Assembly (NCBI GenBank): GCA_964612385.1
Contig: CAZTDB010000002.1
Coordinates: forward strand, 1 to 25,574
Reading direction: 5' to 3'
From: an uncultured Ignavibacteriaceae bacterium
GTDB lineage: Bacteria; Bacteroidota; Ignavibacteria; Ignavibacteriales; Ignavibacteriaceae
DNA length: 25,574 nucleotides
Position 1 is the first letter of the stretch, and the number at the start of each line of letters is the position of its first letter. This document shows positions 1 through 9,256 of the stretch, in pieces. A model generated the notes under the pieces. The model saw only the letters and a program-made list of their open reading frames with translations. It was not told where the DNA came from and ran no database searches. Both the position numbers and the translations under genes were made by a program.

Positions 1-49
1 ATGCGGATAGTACATATAAAGCAAAGAATAGAACTACTGCAAATTTCAT
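1..49 (-). CDS. 5' end of a probable secreted protein running off the window (MKFAVVLFFALYVLSA...)
   Basis: Minus-strand ATG at 49 preceded by AGGAG; 16 codons with a Lys followed by a hydrophobic signal-peptide-like stretch. Not in the ORF track because it is truncated. Confidence 0.6.
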   Translation of the reverse strand, partial: MKFAVVLFFALYVLSA

Positions 50-264
50 TTCGGAGCTCCTGTTGTATTTGTTAAATGCAGTAAAATATTTCTGTACACT
101 ATCCGTAAAATTTTCAGATGCAATTAAAGTCATTTTGATGTTTGAATCAAGTTACAATAAAAAACACTACTGTTAGCAGCTTAAGAGCTGCAGCACACAA
201 ATTAGCAATTTGGATAATCAGGAAAAATTTTATTGTATTTCGTTAAATAAGAATTTATTTTTAC

Positions 265-288
265 GCACAGACCAGTGGTCTGTGCTAC
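265..288 (-). repeat. GTAG-family REP hairpin upstream of RAYT
   Basis: Minus strand GTAGCACAGACCACTGGTCTGTGC: 9-bp stem, 3-nt loop, 5' GTAG. Identical copy at 936-959. Confidence 0.9.
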
Positions 289-312
289 GATATAAATTTT
301 ATAATTATAAAG

Positions 313-894
313 ATGAAACGCCACTTTCACCGGAGAAATTTGCCGCACCTCTATTACGATGAAGGTGAATTCTTTATAACCTACCGTCTGGCAAATTCGA
401 TACCGCTGCAAAAATTAAAAGAGATTAAATCAGATGTGAAAAATATAGACTTCGATCAATTCAAAAGATTATTCAGAAAATACGATGCTATACTCGATTC
501 AGGTGAATTCGGAATTAAGTATTTAAAAGAAAAACGTATTGCTGAAATCTGCAAAGCCACAATCCACTACCCCAACGGAAAAGAATACAAGCTGATTTGT
601 TACTGCATTATGCCGAATCATATTCACATCGTATTTAGGCTGCTTGAAAACAATAAAGGCATAAGTAAAATTATGCAGGCTATTAAAGGTATTTCCGCAA
701 AAGAAGTTAATAAAATTCTTAATAGAAAAGGAGTATTCTGGCAGGATGAAAGTTACGATAGACTAATTAGGGACGAGATTGAATTATATTTTATAATTAA
801 ATATGTTTTGTTAAATCCTGTTGAGGCAGGATTAGTTAAAAATTGGAAGGATTGGGAATATACTTATTGTCATCCGGATTATATTGTAATTTAA
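313..894 (+). CDS. REP-associated tyrosine transposase (RAYT, Y1/HUH family)
   Basis: N-terminal RRNLPH, FITYRL, HUH motif in CIMPNHIHIV, FWQDESYDRLIR and YVLLNPVEAGL, all typical of RAYT/TnpA(REP); REP hairpins on both sides. Confidence 0.93.
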   Translation: MKRHFHRRNLPHLYYDEGEFFITYRLANSIPLQKLKEIKSDVKNIDFDQFKRLFRKYDAILDSGEFGIKYLKEKRIAEICKATIHYPNGKEYKLICYCIMPNHIHIVFRLLENNKGISKIMQAIKGISAKEVNKILNRKGVFWQDESYDRLIRDEIELYFIIKYVLLNPVEAGLVKNWKDWEYTYCHPDYIVI

Positions 895-900
895 AATCCC

Positions 901-959
901 GTAGCACAGACAATCCTGTCTGTGCAAATAAGTAAGCACAGACCAGTGGTCTGTGCTAC
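901..959. repeat. Inverted REP doublet (REPIN-like) directly downstream of RAYT
   Basis: 901-925 GTAGCACAGACAATCCTGTCTGTGC on plus and 936-959 GCACAGACCAGTGGTCTGTGCTAC (GTAG on minus), separated by 10 bp. Confidence 0.9.
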
Positions 960-1060
960 GGTATAATAAAAAACTTTTGTCATTTTCAGAAATTTGAAAT
1001 ATTTTAGAACTACTGGGGAATTAAAAAAACTATCATCAAAAAATTTTCCGGGAGGAAAAA

Positions 1061-1306
1061 ATGAAAATAGTTCGCATGAACAAACTCGATCAGTCCGGCG
1101 GGGGTAAATTAGCCGCTTTTTTCGATATCGAAACAAATGATGAGATCATTATCAAAGGATTCCGCCTGGTTCAAGGCTCCAATGGTTTATTTGTCTCATC
1201 CCCCGATGAAAAAGGGAAGGATGGGAAATATTATGATACGGTTATTCTGCCAAAGGAAATGAAGCAGCAGCTTGAAAATATGGCAATCGAAGAATACAAT
1301 AAGTAG
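1061..1306 (+). CDS. spoVG: SpoVG family nucleic-acid-binding protein
   Basis: KLAAFFDI...IIKGFRLVQGSNGLFVSSP...DGKYYD matches the SpoVG pattern; GGAGG RBS upstream. Confidence 0.88.
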   Translation: MKIVRMNKLDQSGGGKLAAFFDIETNDEIIIKGFRLVQGSNGLFVSSPDEKGKDGKYYDTVILPKEMKQQLENMAIEEYNK

Positions 1307-1478
1307 AATTTTCCGGAACACCGCATCCTTCTGAAAATTCATTCAATGGCACTAAGAATTATTTTCATTCCTAAGGAGTGAAGCGCAGGAAAAGTACGAG
1401 CTGTATAGAAGATTTCTTTCTCGCAAATTTCCGCGAGTGGGATGACGAATATACTTTTTACATTGTCTTTATCGTTTC

Positions 1479-1625
1479 GAATTGAAAATAGAAACACATG
1501 ACGAGCAGATAACTACAATCTTCGAAGTAATTAATCAACTTTTGTCTCCGCCTGAATCTCCGAAAAAGAAGATCGGATTTATTGTGGAAGAAAAAAGAGT
1601 AAGATATGCTTCAAATAAAATTTGA
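1479..1625 (+). pseudogene. Orphan 3' fragment of an ORF6N-family gene
   Basis: 1479-1607 aligns with 2042-2170 (129 bp, 6 substitutions) and ends in its own TGA at 1623-1625; no 5' part. Confidence 0.8.
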
Positions 1626-1639
1626 TGGAAAGGTAAACT

Positions 1640-2182
1640 ATGAGTAAAGAAATTGTTCCGGTTGAAGTAATCGAGAACAAAATACTGCTGATAAGGGGAC
1701 AGAAAGTAATGTTGGATAAAGAATTAGCAAGATTATATGGAGTCGAAACATTTAACTTAAACAAAGCTGTTAAACGCAATATTGATAGATTTCCACCCGA
1801 TTTTATGTTTCAACTTTCAAAAAAGGAATTTAAAAACTTGACATTCCAATTTGGAATATCAAGATGGGGCGGTACCCGTAAATTGCCGTACGCTTTCACA
1901 GAACAGGGTGTAGCGATGTTGTCCTCTGTTTTAAGAAGCCAAAGAGCCGTACAAGTTAATATTGCTATCATGAGAGCGTTTGTAAAATTAAGAGAAATAA
2001 TAGCAACTCATAAAGAACTTGCACAAAAACTAAAAGAGCTTGAATTGAAAATAGAAACACATGACGAACAGATAACCGCAATCTTCGAAGTAATTAATCA
2101 ACTTTTGTCTCCGCCTCAACTTCCGAAAAAGAAGATCGGATTTATTGTGGAAGAAAAAAGAGTAAGATATTTTTCAAAATAA
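1640..2182 (+). CDS. ORF6N domain-containing DNA-binding protein
   Basis: [64 protein letters not shown] is the ORF6N signature. Confidence 0.93.
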   Translation: MSKEIVPVEVIENKILLIRGQKVMLDKELARLYGVETFNLNKAVKRNIDRFPPDFMFQLSKKEFKNLTFQFGISRWGGTRKLPYAFTEQGVAMLSSVLRSQRAVQVNIAIMRAFVKLREIIATHKELAQKLKELELKIETHDEQITAIFEVINQLLSPPQLPKKKIGFIVEEKRVRYFSK

Positions 2183-2200
2183 TTTAAGTCGAGGTAAATT

Positions 2201-3070
2201 ATGCCGCCAAAGAAAAATTATTCGGAAGATGCAAAAAACTTTTTCTTCGATGAAATGAATAAAAAGAAGAAGAGACAGTTGAAAGATAAATACGGGATGG
2301 ATTTTTCGAAAGAAAAAGAAAATGCGCCCCCCGAGGTTATAAATAGTTTCTTGAATTATGTAGAAGAATTTGAAGAGGCATGGAACAATGCCGAGAGGAA
2401 AAAAATAATCGAGATACTTGGATTTTCGAATTTTAAAAAGCTGAGCGAATTAACACCCGGTAAATTGGAAAGTGAAATAGCCGAAGTCCTGGCTGTTTAT
2501 GCCGACCATGATATTAACATCGACATTATTGAAAAGGATGACGTTACAAAGGAGGAATTTTACAAGTTTCTAACCGAAGAATTACCCGAACACGAGACAG
2601 ATTTCTTTCAGGTTGAAGGCATGACAACCAATTATATCTACGAAGAATTTCACCCAAGCAATAAGCTCGATGCAAAAAATATTATTGAATGGTTTTCCTA
2701 TCCTTACTTTGAAAGAAATGAAATAGAAATTAAAACTTACCTATCCAAAAAAAAATTAACATTCAACGGAGTAAAAAAATCTTTAACGAAATTTATTGAG
2801 GAGATGTTTACTCTGTTATCTGGGTACGACAAAATAGTTAAATTCCATACAGTGTTTAAGGATTTTAAATTCAACTTAAATAAGAAAGGTGACGGAAGAA
2901 TTAATGTGGAATTCATTGTAAAGTATAAAGATGCGAAAACCTCCTCTGCATCACCTTCAAACAAAAGAAAGACAAAATGCAGTACACTGAATATAATTTT
3001 TAATCTAGAAAGAACAGACTTTGGCGGGTTTTATATAAAAGGTTGTTCGGTTGAAAAAATTACAGCTTAA
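2201..3070 (+). CDS. Conserved hypothetical protein (289 aa)
   Basis: Long ORF with GAGG RBS; acidic; no catalytic motif recognised. Confidence 0.75.
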   Translation: MPPKKNYSEDAKNFFFDEMNKKKKRQLKDKYGMDFSKEKENAPPEVINSFLNYVEEFEEAWNNAERKKIIEILGFSNFKKLSELTPGKLESEIAEVLAVYADHDINIDIIEKDDVTKEEFYKFLTEELPEHETDFFQVEGMTTNYIYEEFHPSNKLDAKNIIEWFSYPYFERNEIEIKTYLSKKKLTFNGVKKSLTKFIEEMFTLLSGYDKIVKFHTVFKDFKFNLNKKGDGRINVEFIVKYKDAKTSSASPSNKRKTKCSTLNIIFNLERTDFGGFYIKGCSVEKITA

Positions 3071-3149
3071 AAAACTTCTTCAAAGAAAGTAAAGCTGTTT
3101 AAATTATATTGATCTAAAGATTATATTTCATCATAAATCAAAAAAGGAT

Positions 3150-3854
3150 TTGCAAATGGCAGGCAGTATAAACATAGATAATCCTAAAGCCGATTATGAT
3201 TCGTTTATTGAACTTCAAATAAAAAAATATCTTGAAAAAAGCGGTAAAGATGAATTTAGTACCGAAGACGAGACTAAAGCTGTACTGGATAAAATTGTCA
3301 TTGCATGGAATGATAAGATAGCTCATCAACATGAACGACTGGATAATTCAGACTTTGAAACTAAAGCGGAATGGTTTAACTCTGTTGAAATTGATTTCAA
3401 TTTAGACCAGCAGATGCAAGTTACAAAGTCATTGTGGGATGGTACAGAAATAGATTTTGAGGACATGGTAGAATACTATGATGAATTATTTCCTTTCCTT
3501 CCAAAAGGCGCTATAGTATTTCTTACGTTTGCAGGGCCTGTATTTGAAGCTTACGGATATTCATTCGAAAGATATAGAAAACTGTTTGACGGAGAAGAAC
3601 CAACTGAAATTGAAAAATTATTACTTAATTGGGCTTATAGTATTGCTTATGGAGTAACGGCTTTTCATATTGAAAAATTTGCCTCGAATAGAGAAAATAT
3701 TCGGTCTGCCACACTGAAAATTGCAGAAATGGAATTGGATCCTAAAACAGCGCGAAAGGTATTTGATGATATTCTTACCTATATAAAGGAGTACTTTGGG
3801 TATGTACACAAGAAGGTTAAAAGATCAAAGACCCAAAAGAAAAAACGAAAGTAG
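3150..3854 (+). CDS. Hypothetical protein (234 aa; ATG at 3156 is an alternative start)
   Basis: Long ORF; acidic body and basic tail; no motif recognised. Confidence 0.7.
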   Translation: MQMAGSINIDNPKADYDSFIELQIKKYLEKSGKDEFSTEDETKAVLDKIVIAWNDKIAHQHERLDNSDFETKAEWFNSVEIDFNLDQQMQVTKSLWDGTEIDFEDMVEYYDELFPFLPKGAIVFLTFAGPVFEAYGYSFERYRKLFDGEEPTEIEKLLLNWAYSIAYGVTAFHIEKFASNRENIRSATLKIAEMELDPKTARKVFDDILTYIKEYFGYVHKKVKRSKTQKKKRK

Positions 3855-3967
3855 CTTATAGGATACTTTCAAATCACAGAGTCATGAACTTCGAAAGAGA
3901 CTCATTTGAGAGCTCAATTTTTTTTACGTAAGTTGGGTTATTACATTAAAAACAAAAAAGGGAGTGC

Positions 3968-6430
3968 ATGCCACGCTGGCTTAAAATTACAATTGGCTTA
4001 ACTGCTTCATTAATTATTTTAGTCGTAATCGGCGGTTACATTTTTTCAAGAATGTTAATGGCTTCGCTGCCTAACTATTCGGGACAAATTTATTCCTCCA
4101 ATGTTTCTTTCAGAGTTGAAATATATCGCGATCAATACGCAATACCCTACATCGCAGCTCAATCCGATGAAGATGCTTCATTTGTGCTTGGTTATGTTCA
4201 CGCACAGGATCGGCTTTTCACAATGGACCTCGCCAGGCGTGCCGGTGAAGGGAGACTAAGCGAAGTTTTCGGTACTCAAACAATTCCTTTTGATAAAATG
4301 TTTTTAACTGTGGGAATCAATGAGACAGTGAAACGAATAATGCAGAATTTAAATTCCGAAGCAAAAAAGTTTCTCGATGCTTATGCCGCCGGTGTTAACC
4401 ACTATATCAAAGCAGCCGGAGGGAAATTTCCGGTTGAGTTTGATGTGCTCGGTTATGATCCCGAACCATGGAAACCTGAGCATAGCCTTATAATCGGAAG
4501 ATTGATGGCATGGGAATTAAATATTAGCTGGTGGACAGACATTGCATTTACGCATCTAATTCAAAAGTTTGGCGAGGCAAAATTTTCTGAAATTATTCCC
4601 GATTATCCTGAAAATGCGCCGGTAATAATTCCGCCCGAACTGAAAAATTATCCTTTAGTTTCCACATCTTTAATTGAAACCGATAAAACATTCAGACGAT
4701 TTATGGGATACCGGGGAACGCATATTGGTTCTAATAATTGGGTGGTAAATGGTAAAATGTCTGAAAGCAAAAAGCCGTTAATAGCAAATGATGCTCATCT
4801 TGCTTTTAGTGCCCCGGGTAAGTGGTATTTAGTAGTTATAAAATCACCGGGTTTAAATGTTGAAGGATTTACTTTACCCGGATTGCCAGCGGTTGTGATC
4901 GGTAAAAATCAAAACATCTCGTGGGCAGTTACGAATATAATGGCTGACGACAGCGATTTCTATATCGAGCATCTCGATTCGTCAAGAACATCATACCGCT
5001 TGAATAACGAATGGAAAAAGTTAATTATCAGGGAAGAGACGATTAAGGTTAAAGATTCATCCGATGTGGTTATTGAAGTAATGGAAACACACCGAGGTCC
5101 AATTATATCCGGTATCCATCCATACGATTTTCTTTATGAGAATAAAAATGTTCCCGCTGTTGATATCAGCATGAAATGGCTCGGCAATGAATTATCCGAT
5201 GAGTTTCTTGCTTTCATGAAAATAAATAAAGCAAGCAATTGGAACGACTTCACCGATGCTCTTGAAACGTTTGCAGTTCCCGGGCAAAATTTTGTTTATG
5301 CAGATAAGCAGGGTAATATTGGCTATGTCTTTGGCGGGAAGCTTCCACTGCGCGAAATAAATTCTTCTACATTTATCTTTGAAGGAACTACTACAAAGTA
5401 TGATTGGAAAGGAACGGTGCCGCGCCAGGAAATTCCGGTTTTATTCAATCCGCAGTCAAATTTTATTGCTTCGGCAAACAATAAAACGTTAAGAAATTTT
5501 AAATATCATATTTCCAACTTATGGGAGCCTTCTTCAAGATATGAAAGAATAGTTGAACTGCTGTCATCAAAGCAAATTCATACCGAAGAAGATTTTATGA
5601 AATATCAAACGGATTTTGTATCCCCCTATGCGCGTGAATTAACCGCACATATATTATCTGCATTTAAAGGAGTTGAAATTAAGGATGCAAATCTTTCAAT
5701 TGCTCTTGAACTTTTAAAGCAGTGGGATTTTGAGATGAATCAGTATAGTCAGACTCCGGCAATCTACAATGTTTTTCTCGTTAATCTGTTAAGAAATATT
5801 TACTTAGATGAAATGGGCGACGATCTTTTTAATCAATTTATTTTTGTAGGAAATGTTGCATACCGCAGTTTGTACAAAGTGCTTCGCAATCCTCAATGTT
5901 CATGGATAGACGACATAACAACACCCGAAGTCGAAACTTTAACCGATATCATTAGGAAGAGCATGGTTGATGCATTAGTATATCTTGAAAAAAAATATGG
6001 TAAAGAAATAAAAGATTGGCAATGGGGAAAAATTCACAAAGTAAAATTTAAGCATGCCTTTTCCGGTATTTCATCGCTGCTTGATAAATACATCGACATA
6101 GGTCCGTATGAAATTGGCGGCGACGGCACCACTATCTTCAACACCGAATATGCATTTAGCGAAGGGATAAAAGAATTTCCGGCATTTGATCATGAGCCAT
6201 TCGAAAATGATTTGGGCCCGTCAATGCGTTACATATTTGATTTTGCCAAACCGGATGAGTTCTATGCAATTCTTCCCACCGGTCAATCCGGCAACGTAAT
6301 GAGCGATCACTACCGTGACATGACTGAAATGTGGAGAGAAGGAAAGTATATTAAAGTAAAAACAGATTTAAATTCTATAAGAAATTCTGGATATAAGTTA
6401 TTAACGATAATTCCGTCATCCGAGGAGTAG
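3968..6430 (+). CDS. Penicillin acylase family Ntn-hydrolase with N-terminal membrane anchor
   Basis: GYVHAQDRLFTMD, GSNNWVV (beta-chain N-terminal Ser nucleophile), LIANDAHL, HRGP, QNFVYADKQGNIGY, PTGQSGNVMSDHYRD. Confidence 0.93.
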   Translation: MPRWLKITIGLTASLIILVVIGGYIFSRMLMASLPNYSGQIYSSNVSFRVEIYRDQYAIPYIAAQSDEDASFVLGYVHAQDRLFTMDLARRAGEGRLSEVFGTQTIPFDKMFLTVGINETVKRIMQNLNSEAKKFLDAYAAGVNHYIKAAGGKFPVEFDVLGYDPEPWKPEHSLIIGRLMAWELNISWWTDIAFTHLIQKFGEAKFSEIIPDYPENAPVIIPPELKNYPLVSTSLIETDKTFRRFMGYRGTHIGSNNWVVNGKMSESKKPLIANDAHLAFSAPGKWYLVVIKSPGLNVEGFTLPGLPAVVIGKNQNISWAVTNIMADDSDFYIEHLDSSRTSYRLNNEWKKLIIREETIKVKDSSDVVIEVMETHRGPIISGIHPYDFLYENKNVPAVDISMKWLGNELSDEFLAFMKINKASNWNDFTDALETFAVPGQNFVYADKQGNIGYVFGGKLPLREINSSTFIFEGTTTKYDWKGTVPRQEIPVLFNPQSNFIASANNKTLRNFKYHISNLWEPSSRYERIVELLSSKQIHTEEDFMKYQTDFVSPYARELTAHILSAFKGVEIKDANLSIALELLKQWDFEMNQYSQTPAIYNVFLVNLLRNIYLDEMGDDLFNQFIFVGNVAYRSLYKVLRNPQCSWIDDITTPEVETLTDIIRKSMVDALVYLEKKYGKEIKDWQWGKIHKVKFKHAFSGISSLLDKYIDIGPYEIGGDGTTIFNTEYAFSEGIKEFPAFDHEPFENDLGPSMRYIFDFAKPDEFYAILPTGQSGNVMSDHYRDMTEMWREGKYIKVKTDLNSIRNSGYKLLTIIPSSEE

Positions 6431-6617
6431 GGCGAAAGTGGCTGTTAATAAAAACGTTTTTACAGCATCTCGAATTTAAAAAGATTCGCATCAGTTAGCC
6501 CTTATCCTGTCAAATGCCTCACTTCGGATTTGAATTTGGATTCCTGTAATAATAAATATTTTTCTATGGATTGAATTTTTTCAAATTTGTAAATTTATTT
6601 GATGAAAGTATCCATTC

Positions 6618-6645
6618 AAAAAAGCCCCTCTGCAATTGAGGGGCT
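6618..6645 (-). terminator. Rho-independent terminator after the DUF433/DUF5615 operon
   Basis: Minus strand AGCCCCTC-AATTGCA-GAGGGGCT followed by a T-run, about 30 nt after the stop at 6678. Confidence 0.75.
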
Positions 6646-6677
6646 GACACAGGTCTTTATCATCCTGCAGCGGAAAA

Positions 6678-7025
6678 TTAAACAGGTAAAAATTCAACTC
6701 TATTCATCATTTCGTCAGGACTATAAATTTGCGAAATCAATTCTAAACTCTTAATACATTCACCGATTGTTACCTTCAACAGATGGCAATAAACAATTCC
6801 GTTAAAACTTTCCCCTATCTTTTGCATATCATTTGCAATAGCCAGAAAATCTTCATCGAAAGTAATAAAAATTCTTTCTAATGAAGAAGCTCTTTTTAAT
6901 AAGGAATAATCATCGAGTAAGGTGGTTTTATCTTCCTGAGAGGTTAAGACATTTATATTTCGTAATCGTAAACCAGTGGTAATAACACGCGGGATATGAA
7001 CATCCATATAAAAGCTTAATGCCAT
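6678..7025 (-). CDS. DUF5615 family PIN-like protein (putative toxin)
   Basis: FYMDVHIP...LRLRNINVLT...DD..LL..A..LERIFITFDEDF, the PIN-like acidic pattern; coupled to a DUF433 gene. Confidence 0.88.
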   Translation of the reverse strand: MALSFYMDVHIPRVITTGLRLRNINVLTSQEDKTTLLDDYSLLKRASSLERIFITFDEDFLAIANDMQKIGESFNGIVYCHLLKVTIGECIKSLELISQIYSPDEMMNRVEFLPV

Positions 7026-7330
7026 TATCCTGCTTTTTTATCGTGTAACTTAGAAGGTTTTTGATGCTTAAGAATTTTTTCTTTTAAGTCTTCAACATTA
7101 CGATTACCCTCATCCAGGAACTTTTGAAAGTCCTCAATATTATCCCAATAATAAGCAAAAGCGGAATGGATTTGCCCCAATGACAAATAACTATGCTGAA
7201 GATGAATTTCTTCCGGTCCCCAACCCCAGGCAATATATTCTTTAATTAGATCAATAACTTTAGTGGTTGTATTCTTAATTATAGGAATTCCATCCTTTGT
7301 TAAGCTTATGTGTTTATATTTTGTATCCAT
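7025..7330 (-). CDS. DUF433 domain protein (putative antitoxin)
   Basis: GIPIIKNTTTKVIDLI...GWGPEEIHLQHSYLSLGQIHSAFAYY; 1-nt overlap with the DUF5615 gene. Confidence 0.88.
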   Translation of the reverse strand: MDTKYKHISLTKDGIPIIKNTTTKVIDLIKEYIAWGWGPEEIHLQHSYLSLGQIHSAFAYYWDNIEDFQKFLDEGNRNVEDLKEKILKHQKPSKLHDKKAG

Positions 7331-7488
7331 ATTTTAGCCTAAAATTTTGATCCAAAATAGTTAAAAACTACATTATTTGAAAGTCTCAATACTCTAAACT
7401 TTACTGCCAATAAGCTGGGTTGAGTTCGTTAACCCAGGTAGCAATAAAAAATATTTTTATGTAGATTGAATTTTCTCATAGCAAAAAC

Positions 7489-7630
7489 AAACCTTAGTAA
7501 CAAAGTAAACAACAAAATACCCGGACATATCTATAGATTCCTTGAATTACTTTATAGATCAAACAATAAAAATTTTTATGATATTAATAAGGTTAAGCGT
7601 TTGGGAGGCATGTTTTATTACTTCACTTTT
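7489..7630. repeat. Degenerate copy of long inverted-repeat element H
   Basis: Left arm AAACCTTAGTAAC..AGTAAACAACAAAATACCC matches 8618-8652; right arm is eroded (TAATAAGGTTAAGCGTTTGG). Confidence 0.6.
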
Positions 7631-7733
7631 TTAATCCCTTCCGATTCATAGCTTTCCTATGCTGAAAAAGGTTGGAATATTTATAGGATTTTTAATATTT
7701 TATTGAAGAAATGAATTAGACCGGGGTTGAAAA

Positions 7734-8135
7734 ATGGAATTAAATGGAACACAAAATCAGCAGAATGTGACTACAGCCGAAGCCGAGCCTGAAGTTAAAC
7801 TGAAGCAGGAACTTAAACCGGATGACTGGTTATGTTTAATGTGCAGTAAAAAAATTACTGAAGATAAAGAGAGGTTTTTATTCGAAAATCAAAGTGAATT
7901 TCGATTCAGTAATCCCGACGGATATATTTTCGATATTATAACATTTCGAGCAGCAGACGGCTGCCGTGAAGAAGGTAAGCCCACTCTGGAATTTTCATGG
8001 TTTAAAGGGCATTCCTGGTGCTATGCTTTTTGCAGCCGGTGTGGTCTTCACCTCGGATGGAAATACTCAGGTAAATTCTCTTTCTACGGCTTGATCAAAG
8101 CAAGACTTATCAAAGGAGCAGCACTTTTTAATTAA
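7734..8135 (+). CDS. Cereblon-like (CULT / thalidomide-binding domain) zinc protein
   Basis: CLMC and CSRC zinc pairs, NPDG, FSWFKGHSW and HLGWKY (aromatic-cage residues of the CULT domain). Confidence 0.9.
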   Translation: MELNGTQNQQNVTTAEAEPEVKLKQELKPDDWLCLMCSKKITEDKERFLFENQSEFRFSNPDGYIFDIITFRAADGCREEGKPTLEFSWFKGHSWCYAFCSRCGLHLGWKYSGKFSFYGLIKARLIKGAALFN

Positions 8136-8251
8136 ATCATGTCTTTGCAAAAGGAAGAGTTGTCTGAATAGCTCATTTGGAAGGAGGATATCGTTAACCT
8201 CTGTAATAAAAAATATTTTTATGTGGATTGGATTTTCTCAAAGCACCAATC

Positions 8252-8437
8252 GAACTCTCTCTCAATCTCTCCCTTGGGAAGGGAGAGACTTTATTATCAT
8301 TTTAAAACTTTTCATTTATTGCTATTGTCAAGATGTAAAATGTGAAGATACAATTACCTATAAACCCTTCTCTTGGTAAGAGAAGGTCGTTAGACTCCGG
8401 CAGAGTCTAGCGGACTCTGACGAGGTTGGGATGAGTT
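8252..8437. repeat. Inverted doublet repeat D, copy 1 (two triloop hairpins, AACTC...GAGTT ends)
   Basis: Left TCTCTCCCTT-GGG-AAGGGAGAGA; right CCTTCTCTT-GGT-AAGAGAAGG...GGGATGAGTT. 8252-8341 matches 8770-8859 with 2 mismatches in 90 bp. Confidence 0.8.
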
Positions 8438-8445
8438 ATATTATA

Positions 8446-8600
8446 ACCTTTACCTGTGGGCTACATTGGGATTGTCAGAACGATCCTTTGGAGTAGTCTT
8501 TTTAGTTATGGTATTGATGGCAGCTTAAAGCTTAGAGTATTGAGAGAGTGAAGTTCCTGATAGCCAAGCGAAATAAAGAATATTTTTGTGTGGGTTAAAT
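8446..8600. repeat. Repeat unit P-M, copy 1
   Basis: ACCTTTACC..GGGATTG..GTAGTCTTTTTAGTTATG..TAAAGCTTAGAGTATTGAG..GAAGTTCCTGA..CAAGCGAAATAAA.AATATTTTTGTGTGG; homologous to 9015-9256, 10701-10855 and 12643-12790. Confidence 0.85.
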
Positions 8601-8617
8601 TATAGCAATACGGCTAG

Positions 8618-8769
8618 AAAACCTTAGTAACCGAGTAAACAACAGAATACCCAACCTTATCCGTAGGATCCAGTGGATTACATCATTACCAGGCAAGCAA
8701 GCTTTTATGAAACTAAATAAGGTAATAAGGTTAGCTGTTTGGTTGGGTATGGTCAGTTACTAAGGTTTT
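8618..8769. repeat. Long inverted-repeat element H with an 18-bp insert
   Basis: 14-bp perfect terminal IR AAAACCTTAGTAAC/GTTACTAAGGTTTT; right inner arm AATAAGGTAATAAGGT; left inner arm split by the insert at 8660-8677. Confidence 0.85.
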
Positions 8770-9007
8770 GAACTCTCTCTCAATCTCTCCCTTGGGAAGG
8801 GAGAGACCTTATTATCATTTTAAAACTTTTCATTTATTGCTATTGTCAAAATGTAAAATACAAAGTCATAAATACCAATCCGAAGGATCCTTTGGACAAG
8901 TCCTTCGCTTGGTCCTATGGATCCTTTGGATAAGGGAAAAATTGCAAGTCACGGCGTAGACTCCAGGTTATCATCAGAAGTTTGTGTCGTAGCCGGAGGA
9001 AGAGTTC
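8770..9007. repeat. Inverted doublet repeat D, copy 2 (with nested inserts)
   Basis: Offset 518 bp from copy 1; right hairpin split by an 18-bp insert at 8913-8930; 8897-9007 recurs at 24009-24119. Confidence 0.8.
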
Positions 9008-9014
9008 TTTTAAA

Positions 9015-9256
9015 ACCTTTACCCGGAGGCAGCATTGGAATTGTCGGAACGATTCTTTGGAGTAGTCTTTTTAGTTATGAGCCTGTCTGCCGGTTTATCT
9101 CTTTACCTCACGAACGGAGACCAATGAAGGATGGTTTACATACCTTTGGTATGCAAGCAGGGTTGTTGGCAGTTTAAAGCTTAGAGTATAGAGGGAGAGA
9201 AGTTCCTGACGGCCTGGCGAATAAAAACATATTTTTGTGTGGATTGAAGTTTCTCA
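9015..9256. repeat. Repeat unit P-M, copy 2 (with an ~80-bp composite insertion)
   Basis: Colinear with 8446-8600 except for an extra block CCTGTCTGCCGG...CATACCTTTGGTATG..CAAGCAGG. Confidence 0.85.

Noticed and set aside
1042-1316. AATTTTCCGG direct repeat flanking spoVG as a target-site duplication
   Set aside because: Low-complexity 10-mer that also occurs near 10104 inside the DUF1801 gene; no element ends recognised.
1479-2170. Diversity-generating retroelement TR/VR pair at the ORF6N 3' end
   Set aside because: The six differences (G/A, T/C, A/G, G/C, T/C, C/T) are not adenine-specific and there is no reverse transcriptase in the window.
3880-3930. Terminator after the 3150-3854 gene (TTGAGAGCTCAA plus T-run)
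   Set aside because: Stem is only 5 bp with a 2-nt loop; too weak to call.
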